A DNA stretch of 43,071 nt from the IMG/VR virus record IMGVR_UViG_3300014489_000001, positions 64,001-107,071 of that record, one strand, 5' to 3'. Position 1 is the stretch's first letter. Each line of letters begins with the position of its first letter. The translations under genes and the position numbers were made by a program. The notes under the pieces are model-generated. The model searched no databases, was not told where the DNA came from, and was given only the letters and a program-made list of their open reading frames with translations. Below, piece by piece: positions 18,111-25,411 of the stretch. The stretch is from a virus (taxonomy: Duplodnaviria > Heunggongvirae > Uroviricota > Caudoviricetes).

Positions 18111-18764
18111 TTATACTCTCGTAAGGAAACACTCAGCTGGATCGCGGAGAAACGGTTTCAAATATGACCAAGCCCGAAAACTAGGGATACCAGCACGCAT
18201 GTAATCAGGAATGAAGTCACGATTGAAAGCAGTGCGAACACCGCTAAAAGAGTGACTCTCCGTGGCCAGCAAGTCTGCCTCGCGGTCAGGATCGTATCCT
18301 TGAATTAGCTTCATAGCTATTTCATAGCAAGCATATTGAATGTCAGTTGGGACCACTGTGTCAGCAGCATCGTCCAGAGAAGCCAACGTTACAGGGATAC
18401 CAGATTCATTCACAACGATCTGGGTTGGTGATGCAATCGGCCCACGTGGAAACTGATGTACTTGAGACGGATCGGTTTTATTTCCAGCAAAATTCAACCG
18501 ATCAATCATCTGCGTAGCTTCATGCAATGCGGATCGTTTGTCGTTACTATTCGCACGTTTCCAAGGTGTACTTCGAAGACGATTATCGAAGTAATTATTC
18601 GCATCTGACAATGTCCCATAAGCATCCAGAAATTGACTATTGTCAATTGTCGGAAAATGGACCGGGAATAAATTATGCAGCAACGACCGAACAAGATTGT
18701 TGGCCGTTGCTGGGCCATGCGTCAACGTCAAAGTATTCGTCAGTGATTCATTGAAAGTTGACAT
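18111..18764 (-). CDS. Head-tail adaptor (DnaT-like/SPP1 gp15-like)
   Basis: YGTLSDANNYF...W...KRSALHEATQMID...QFPR...VPTDIQYACYEIA motif set of phage adaptors. Confidence 0.8.
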   Translation of the reverse strand: MSTFNESLTNTLTLTHGPATANNLVRSLLHNLFPVHFPTIDNSQFLDAYGTLSDANNYFDNRLRSTPWKRANSNDKRSALHEATQMIDRLNFAGNKTDPSQVHQFPRGPIASPTQIVVNESGIPVTLASLDDAADTVVPTDIQYACYEIAMKLIQGYDPDREADLLATESHSFSGVRTAFNRDFIPDYMRAGIPSFRAWSYLKPFLRDPAECFLTRV

Positions 18765-20858
18765 TTAGTTAATCCTCACACCTTCAAAATCAAGTTCGAC
18801 CGAATACCACTCACCACATGGAGGCGTTCCATGTTTTTCAGCAACCAAATCAACAGGGTCAGTGAGGAAATTTACATTCCACATTTCACCCTTCCAATTG
18901 GTCATGTTGACTCGTTGAGTAAGATTCTGCAACAAAAATACTCTAAGTTCATAAGCTTTCTTGCGAGTGATTATGAACTTGTATTTCAATTTTCTTGAAG
19001 CATTCTTTCGAACATAGGTGTATATGTCGCCAGTAATGGTTCTAAGAATCTTGATAGCACTTACAGGTGCTTCTGCATCACCTAACTCTGGGTTAGGTAA
19101 TACGATTGTTGAAAACCTACCAACGATTGTTGTCGACCTACCAGGCACTGGACAACATATGCCACCACCCTGGCCACCCATCGTATAGATGAGGTTTGAT
19201 ATGACAAGAAAGCCACCTGTACCATCAGGTATATGATGTTCAGGGAAGAACATCAAAGTGCTTGTCACACTTCGCACAAGATTCAAAGCAACACTAACGC
19301 TATGAGTTAGCGTCAAACTCTGACTTATATGTCTGCTCTTGAAAGCGGCATGAACTACAGCTTGAGCTACCGTCAAACTTTGATTTATGCCAGTCCTTGC
19401 AAGTGCAGTTGTAGTCTGAATTACGACAAGTGGTTGCGTTATCGTCCTATGCAAAAGCTTCTGACTATGCACAGTCTGTGCAATTGTCAAAGACTCACTT
19501 GGGCTTCGCGGCCTAATCAGTGGTGCAGATACCGTCTGAGTAAGTGTCAAACTTTCAGACGAACCATCACTATGCGGGTCATAAGCTGTAACCAAAGTTT
19601 GAGTAATCGTCAAACTTTGAAAGAAGCCAGACGACTGAGTCTCAGTTGCAGATTGCGTAATCGTCAACGACTGATTGATACTTCTCGGCTTGAACTGGAA
19701 GTAATCAGCAACACTTATGAGACTGAGACTATTCGAAGCACTGTGACCGAATGTACTCCCAGATCGACTGAGAGTTTCTGTAATCGACAGACTTTGACTG
19801 GCCTTTTGATTCGGAGTTTTATAGATAGCACTTTGAGTAATGGTCAAAGTGTTACTAGCTAATTCGTCTCCTACCTCAATGGCATTCTGAGTAATCGTTA
19901 ATGTCTGAGTGACACTACGATTAAACACACCCGCTCTGACGACAGATTCTGAAATTGCTAATGCGTCAGTGTCAGTGCGATGGAATGCACCTATTCTGAC
20001 AACAGATTCTGCAACCGTTAATGCGTCAGTTGTTGTTCTTGGTTCAGTTATCAGTCGTACAGCAGATTCTGCAACTGCTAATGCGTCAGTTGCAGTAAGA
20101 CTGAAAAGACTGCTAACGCTAAAGAAGTCGTACTTCTTTGGCTTCTGCCGTAGATTCCAGCGAGTTGCTGGATTCCACATGTTCGTTACAACATTTTGTG
20201 GCAATGCGTAATTGTAGATTCTTGGGTCATCCATGTGCCCAATGAACCAATCACCTGTGTTAGATCCATCCGACAATGCACCGAAATATACCTGGCTTGC
20301 ATTCGTTCCAATGTTGCCAGTTACGCCAAGTGTGGCATCAAGCTGACCATCAACATAAATCTTAGTGTTTACACCATCGTAGGTGCAAATAACAAGATGC
20401 CATTTTCCGTCAATAACATTGATGCTGCCTACGAGTTCATTACCAGCCTGGTAGGCATTGTTTGTAGAGATCAACCAGTGCAGATGGCCTGTGGTTGCCT
20501 CGGCGTATATTGACCAAGAATCATTTACAACACCCCACATTGCTGCAAGGTATTGAATTCTTGATGTGGCGGTTGAATTAACCCAAAAAGTTACAGATAT
20601 TGCATCAGTTCCTTGCAGCAATCCTGACGAGCTAACTAAGTGTGTATAGCTCGTTGCACCGTCATATGTAAGTGCAGTTTGCCCACCATCTACACCAAAG
20701 ACCCAAGAAGGTGTATCTAAAGGAAATATCTGTCCAACATCGCCACTGCCGGAGAAATCATACAAGTTACCGGAACCGAAACCACCAGGCCCCCAGAAAA
20801 CTAATCCTGGTGCCTGGACACTATTTCGATTCAACCTAAATGGAAATAGTGGTTTCAT
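18765..20858 (-). CDS. LamG/ConA-like domain + ~20-aa beta repeats + Dit-like C-terminal domain (697 aa)
   Basis: LamG motifs (ISVTFWV, DGKWHLVICTYDG..KIYVDG, GHMDDPRIYNYAL), about 17 SLTxTQ/TDALxxAES repeats, C-terminus similar to 8327..9208. Confidence 0.85.
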   Translation of the reverse strand: MKPLFPFRLNRNSVQAPGLVFWGPGGFGSGNLYDFSGSGDVGQIFPLDTPSWVFGVDGGQTALTYDGATSYTHLVSSSGLLQGTDAISVTFWVNSTATSRIQYLAAMWGVVNDSWSIYAEATTGHLHWLISTNNAYQAGNELVGSINVIDGKWHLVICTYDGVNTKIYVDGQLDATLGVTGNIGTNASQVYFGALSDGSNTGDWFIGHMDDPRIYNYALPQNVVTNMWNPATRWNLRQKPKKYDFFSVSSLFSLTATDALAVAESAVRLITEPRTTTDALTVAESVVRIGAFHRTDTDALAISESVVRAGVFNRSVTQTLTITQNAIEVGDELASNTLTITQSAIYKTPNQKASQSLSITETLSRSGSTFGHSASNSLSLISVADYFQFKPRSINQSLTITQSATETQSSGFFQSLTITQTLVTAYDPHSDGSSESLTLTQTVSAPLIRPRSPSESLTIAQTVHSQKLLHRTITQPLVVIQTTTALARTGINQSLTVAQAVVHAAFKSRHISQSLTLTHSVSVALNLVRSVTSTLMFFPEHHIPDGTGGFLVISNLIYTMGGQGGGICCPVPGRSTTIVGRFSTIVLPNPELGDAEAPVSAIKILRTITGDIYTYVRKNASRKLKYKFIITRKKAYELRVFLLQNLTQRVNMTNWKGEMWNVNFLTDPVDLVAEKHGTPPCGEWYSVELDFEGVRIN

Positions 20859-20861
20859 TGG

Positions 20862-21557
20862 TTACCCTTGTACGTAAACGCCTTTATAGGTGACTTGATG
20901 GCCGCTACTGGCAAGAGCAATACCAGAATTCTGCGCAATAAAAATAGTCCAGTATCTAGGCATAAAGCCAAATACACCAGTCAATCCTATTGGTGCGAAT
21001 GGATTCACCTGATTAGCAGTAATCGCTACAGCCAGTGAAGTTATCAAATACATACAACCACCTTCAATCTGTGAAGAGGTTATTGTTTTGAGATTATCAG
21101 CACCGGTTAAAGTATCTGGCCAAGTTGGTGTATCATCAATAGCTGCTACTGCATTGATTTGAATTGATCGACCATATGAAGGCGATCCTGAACCATTCTT
21201 TATAAATCCTGAAACTCCGATTTCAAGTGGCGCACCTGTTGCACCATTATCGACAGCCAAAGCCTCTGCACCAGACAAAATAAGCGTGTCACTTGCCAAT
21301 GAAACCAAACTCGTATACGTCATGTTTACAGAAGCTTGGAATGCGAATTGAAAGTTGACGTTCTCTTTGAAATCCAACCATCTAGATGATTCTTTAACTC
21401 CACGAAGATTGCGATTCCGTGAGCTAAATTCAATTCGATGGCCACGATGTTTATACTCCCAGGATGTCATTTCCCTAATAAGTGGTGTACCTGGGGTTGT
21501 ACGAATATCGTGGAATCTTTTGCAATCAAGGCAATATGCTCGAAAGGCCATATCCAT
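20862..21557 (-). CDS. Zn-ribbon + beta-sandwich virion protein, paralogue B
   Basis: CLDC..H...HRGH N-terminus; ends QVTYKGVYVQG like the upstream gene. The track start at 21671 overlaps that gene, so 21557 (or 21551) is preferred. Confidence 0.75.
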   Translation of the reverse strand: MDMAFRAYCLDCKRFHDIRTTPGTPLIREMTSWEYKHRGHRIEFSSRNRNLRGVKESSRWLDFKENVNFQFAFQASVNMTYTSLVSLASDTLILSGAEALAVDNGATGAPLEIGVSGFIKNGSGSPSYGRSIQINAVAAIDDTPTWPDTLTGADNLKTITSSQIEGGCMYLITSLAVAITANQVNPFAPIGLTGVFGFMPRYWTIFIAQNSGIALASSGHQVTYKGVYVQG

Positions 21558-21561
21558 TTCA

Positions 21562-22311
21562 TTACCCTTGAACGTAAACGCCTTTATAGGTGACCTGGTT
21601 TCCGCTGGCATTAATCGACTGTCCAGAATTATGAACCACAAATATAGACCAATATCGTGGCATAACTCCAAACAATGCAGATAACGCAGTTGAAGCCACT
21701 GGATTTACTTGACTTGCAGTGGCAGCTATAACCAGAGATGTTATTTGTCTCAACCCAGACGATAACATATTTGCATTACTAATCGTCTTGGTTGCATCTG
21801 TACCGGCTAATGTATCTGGATAGGTTGGCGTATCATCAATGGCTGCATAGCCAAACATATTGATTACTTTGCCAGCAGTTGGCGTGGTGCCGCTGTTCTT
21901 GATTAACGCTGAAACTCCGATTTCAAGCGGACATCCTGTTGCACCATTATCGACAGCCAAAGCCGACGCACCAGCCAAAAGACTCGTATCACTGGCTAAC
22001 GAATTTAACGTTGTGTACGTTAAAGCTGCCGAAGAAACGAATGCAAATTGGAAATTGTTGTTCTCTTTGAACTTCAACCACCAAGGTTCCTTTCCAATTT
22101 TCTCATATTGGGAATCATCAAGATCGCGAGGAATATCACGATCTCGTGAACTGAATTCGATTCGATGCCCGCGATGTTTGTATTCCCAAGATTCCATTTC
22201 CTTAATTAACGGTGTACCCGGGAAAGTACGAATGTTGTGGAACGTTTCGCAATCGAGGCAAAACGCCCGAAAGGCCATCGTTGGCCCATTACCCGACTTG
22301 AGTGTGGACAT
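21562..22311 (-). CDS. Zn-ribbon + beta-sandwich virion protein, paralogue A
   Basis: Tandem paralogue of 20862..21557, sharing SWEYKHRGHRIEFSSR, LAVDNGATG, AAIDDTPT and QVTYKGVYVQG. Confidence 0.8.
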   Translation of the reverse strand: MSTLKSGNGPTMAFRAFCLDCETFHNIRTFPGTPLIKEMESWEYKHRGHRIEFSSRDRDIPRDLDDSQYEKIGKEPWWLKFKENNNFQFAFVSSAALTYTTLNSLASDTSLLAGASALAVDNGATGCPLEIGVSALIKNSGTTPTAGKVINMFGYAAIDDTPTYPDTLAGTDATKTISNANMLSSGLRQITSLVIAATASQVNPVASTALSALFGVMPRYWSIFVVHNSGQSINASGNQVTYKGVYVQG

Positions 22312-22319
22312 TTTTTACC

Positions 22320-22841
22320 TCAATACGTTTGTGTGAGACTCAGATCATTACCAGGATCATCTACTGCGATTGCGTTACGTGCAAAACGCACCCAATCAAA
22401 GAAACGATTCATTGGTGGATTACCGTTTTGCAAAACCAAAGTTAAGTCAGAAAACAACAATAACATAGTTAAAGCGTTTTGGACATAACCCAACTTACCA
22501 ACCATTGTCAAGGTTGGTGTTCGTTCAGTAGCGAATGTTTGTGCAATATACAACCACGCAGGATCAGGAATCGGTGCCGGATACACAGTGTTGCTAACAT
22601 CAGCAAATGTGTTAATTGCAGATGGAGAAACCACATTGGTTTGAAGATTAATCCAAGTGAAGAAAGAATCATTCAAACTATTGGGTATGTTGAATGATAC
22701 CTCTTTACCCAATTCAGACATATCTCCTGGCAAATTAACAACACCTGTCGATGCAACTGAAAGCATAATCGGTGTATTTGCATTTGCAAATACTTGACAC
22801 AAATACACCCAATAAGGGTTAGGAATCGTTATTGGGTACAT
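22320..22841 (-). CDS. Hypothetical protein with internal two-fold repeat
   Basis: YPITIPNPYWVYLCQVFA...FFTWINL versus YPAPIPDPAWLYIAQTFA...FFDWVRF. Confidence 0.65.
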   Translation of the reverse strand: MYPITIPNPYWVYLCQVFANANTPIMLSVASTGVVNLPGDMSELGKEVSFNIPNSLNDSFFTWINLQTNVVSPSAINTFADVSNTVYPAPIPDPAWLYIAQTFATERTPTLTMVGKLGYVQNALTMLLLFSDLTLVLQNGNPPMNRFFDWVRFARNAIAVDDPGNDLSLTQTY

Positions 22842-22871
22842 AGCGGACCTCAGTGTAAAAATGACGTTTCG

Positions 22872-22939
22872 GTCTCGCTCCACAAAGTGGAATCCCCGAT
22901 CACGGCGTCAATCCGGCCTTCACAACGTCAAGGCGAGAC
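22872..22939 (-). ncRNA. Putative four-way-junction (tRNA-like) structured RNA
   Basis: GTCTCGC/GCGAGAC closing stem with three internal hairpins: CCTT/AAGG, CCG(G)AT/ATCGG, TCCAC/GTGGA. Confidence 0.4.
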
Positions 22940-22946
22940 ATCTGAG

Positions 22947-23020
22947 TCGCGGGAGCAGGATTCGAACCTGCGTCGGACGGCTTATGAGACCGTGCTGGGA
23001 CCTCTCCAGTCGATCCCGCG
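22947..23020 (-). tRNA. tRNA-Met(CAT), elongator or Ile2 type
   Basis: Acceptor CGCGGGA/TCCCGCG, anticodon arm ACGGT-CTCATAA-GCCGT, T arm GCAGG-TTCGAAT-CCTGC. Lacks initiator hallmarks. Confidence 0.9.
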
Positions 23021-23026
23021 AACATA

Positions 23027-23054
23027 AAGCCTGGTGGCTCATAGAGCCACCAGG
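23027..23054 (-). terminator. Hairpin after the major capsid gene
   Basis: CCTGGTGGCTC-TAT-GAGCCACCAGG followed by a short CTTTATGTT tail. Confidence 0.65.
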
Positions 23055-23106
23055 TAATCTAAGCCACAAGGACTTAGTAATCCCATTGCTGGGAGTGGTT
23101 AACGAG

Positions 23107-24513
23107 TTACGCCAACATGACAGCGCCGAGGTTCGTGTCGAGGGTCTTGATACCGGCGAGGATATCGAGAGTCACACGCGTGCCCTGGGCCTTGCCGTCG
23201 TAAGTCAACACAACACGAACGGACAGGCCGTTGTAGTTGACGTTGGCTGCGGCAGCGCCGATTCCCTGGCGAGGCAGTTCCATCGGACGAGTCACCAACG
23301 CGATGGCGTTCCGGTGGAAGGCGAAGTTGTATTCGCCGGCCGGGGACAGATTCACATTGTCGCCGTCATTGATGGCGACTTCCAGCGAACGATCCAGAGT
23401 AACACCAACCAGCGCGTCGACCGCGATAATCGTGTACACGGCGTTCGTGCCGACAACACCGAAGGAAACCAACTGGCCAACCACAGGAGCCACGGTGAAC
23501 ACGTCGACCGTGATTTCCTTGTTGTAACCAGCCGGATAACCAGCCGGGCTGACAGCCTGATTCACCGCACCCACGACGTAGTTCGTGATGATTGCATCGT
23601 CAGCCACAGCCGCCTGGAGAGGAGGCGTGAAGACGAGTGTCGTCACCGAAGAAGTACCACCCGTGATGACACGGTGAGGAATCGTGTCGCCAGCCACCGT
23701 GAACCACATGTTCGCAGTGAAGTTGGTTGTGCCGGTGTCGATGACCATCGTGGTCGCACCAGCGGCGTAGCCACCGGAGTAATTCACGAGGTAGGTGATG
23801 TCAATCGAGTTGCCAACGGCAACGGACGACTGGTGCTGGCACATGTACGTGTTGAAACCGTACTTGCGGCCGATGAAGGCTTCCTGCAACGCCTGGCCCT
23901 GGTCACCGACCTGTTGAGCCTGCGTGAAGATCGCCAGGTTCAAGAGTGTGGTTTCCGTGGTCGGAGTGAGGATCAAGTTTCGGCCATCGACGTAGGCCAG
24001 ATTCTTGTTCATCTTCTCGCGCGTGCCGAGGATGGCATCCACGCCGTTGGAAGTCGTCATCGCATTCAAGTAGCCGTAGCTGTTCGGCATGAAGTTCGCG
24101 ACCTGGCCGAGAACGACTTTGTCGAGGAACTGCGCATGTGCCAACATGGCTGGCCGCATGTATTCGGTCACCAGGTCCTTGAAAGACTTGCTGGATTCCG
24201 AATCGTAGATCACGAAGGACACGTGGATCAGCTGATCCAGCACGACCGGGACGTTGGTCGCCGTCGCATCTTGATCGGTCACGTCTTCCGTGCCGGTCTT
24301 ACGCAAAGCGGTGAACTTGGATGGCCGACGCGTATTGACCGTATCGCCGTAAGAGGCGATCAACGGGCTGAAATCGCGGTGGACCAGGTTCGCTGCGACC
24401 ATGTTTTCCTCAAGGATGGCCAGGGATTCCTGTGCCCACATCTGAGGAACGTACGCGCTGTTGTCGTTCACGCAAAAGGTTTGAACCGCAACAGCATTCA
24501 AGAATTGCAACAT
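23107..24513 (-). CDS. Major capsid protein (HK97 fold, P22-coat-like) with two inserted beta domains and leader MLQFLNAVAVQTFC
   Basis: YVPQMWAQESL, LVHRDF..., GDTVNTRRP, FIGRKYGFNTYM, AFHRNAIALVTRPM, YD...LDILAGIKTL. RBS GGAG fits the ATG at 24513. Confidence 0.93.
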   Translation of the reverse strand: MLQFLNAVAVQTFCVNDNSAYVPQMWAQESLAILEENMVAANLVHRDFSPLIASYGDTVNTRRPSKFTALRKTGTEDVTDQDATATNVPVVLDQLIHVSFVIYDSESSKSFKDLVTEYMRPAMLAHAQFLDKVVLGQVANFMPNSYGYLNAMTTSNGVDAILGTREKMNKNLAYVDGRNLILTPTTETTLLNLAIFTQAQQVGDQGQALQEAFIGRKYGFNTYMCQHQSSVAVGNSIDITYLVNYSGGYAAGATTMVIDTGTTNFTANMWFTVAGDTIPHRVITGGTSSVTTLVFTPPLQAAVADDAIITNYVVGAVNQAVSPAGYPAGYNKEITVDVFTVAPVVGQLVSFGVVGTNAVYTIIAVDALVGVTLDRSLEVAINDGDNVNLSPAGEYNFAFHRNAIALVTRPMELPRQGIGAAAANVNYNGLSVRVVLTYDGKAQGTRVTLDILAGIKTLDTNLGAVMLA

Positions 24514-24531
24514 TTTCAAATTCTCCGAGTA

Positions 24532-25353
24532 TTAGACCTTGTTAAGGCCCGTTTTGATACGATAAGCCCGATACTGTTCTGTAGTCATCGTAGATGGATC
24601 AACTTCGCCGCCCCTGCCGCCGCCACTACGATTACCGGCACCAACGCCGGCAGTTGCAGTAGATTCGAACAGGTAACCGAACCGAGGATTCTCTTTCATC
24701 TTCGCGACAACCTCGGGGACAGTCAGATCGAGATTGACAACCTTGCCATCTTTGTCCTTATCGACATACTTCGTCTTCGGGACAAATTGACCGGTCGCTT
24801 TGCCTTCGTCATCAATCACTTCGACCAAACGTGTCTTGGGTTCCAACATGGCGATCAATGCGTCAGAGTCGAACGCCTTGTGGGTAACCGCCTCACTTGT
24901 GATAGCTTGCTGGATTTGAGTCGTATGGAAACGATTCTTCCAGGAGTCACGATCCTCGGTGAGTTCTTTGGTCGTGGTCTCAAGCGTCTTCTTGAGTTTT
25001 TCCTCAGTCTTGGCAGCCAATTGTTCTTTCGTCAGAACGCTGTTTTGCAAATCTTCGATCTTTTGCGCCAGGTTATGACGCTCTTGATCGTTCAGGCTTT
25101 TCGATTTCTTGAGTTGTTCAAGTTCAGCAACGTGTTTGTTAATCTGAGTCACGTGCTTACGGCGATCTTCCGCCACGATCTTGTTCACTTCATCCTGAGT
25201 GAACGACTTCTTCGCAGCAGCCGCAGCGTCAGCCTTAGCCTTCGCCTCTGCCTCTGCCGCCTGTGCTGCCGCAGCCGCTTCTGCTTCCGCAGCCGCAGTA
25301 CCGTCGTCTTCGCCTTCGCAGTAAGTGTAGACCAGTTGCCCATTAAGATACAT
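24532..25353 (-). CDS. Capsid scaffolding protein with leader MYLNGQLVYTYC
   Basis: Acidic Ala-rich linker, KKSFTQDEVNKIVAE motif, coiled coil, C-terminal DPSTMTTEQYRAYR. Lies between portal and MCP; RBS GGAG fits 25353. Confidence 0.88.
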   Translation of the reverse strand: MYLNGQLVYTYCEGEDDGTAAAEAEAAAAAQAAEAEAKAKADAAAAAKKSFTQDEVNKIVAEDRRKHVTQINKHVAELEQLKKSKSLNDQERHNLAQKIEDLQNSVLTKEQLAAKTEEKLKKTLETTTKELTEDRDSWKNRFHTTQIQQAITSEAVTHKAFDSDALIAMLEPKTRLVEVIDDEGKATGQFVPKTKYVDKDKDGKVVNLDLTVPEVVAKMKENPRFGYLFESTATAGVGAGNRSGGGRGGEVDPSTMTTEQYRAYRIKTGLNKV

Positions 25354-25411
25354 TGTTGAGAACTCCGAAAACCCTACATAAGTAAAACTCGATGAGACGT
25401 AGGTAATCTTA

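Noticed and set aside
22861-25359. 832-aa plus-strand ORF
   Set aside because: Antisense shadow of MCP and scaffold caused by their biased codon usage. It has no RBS or domain features and runs across a tRNA.
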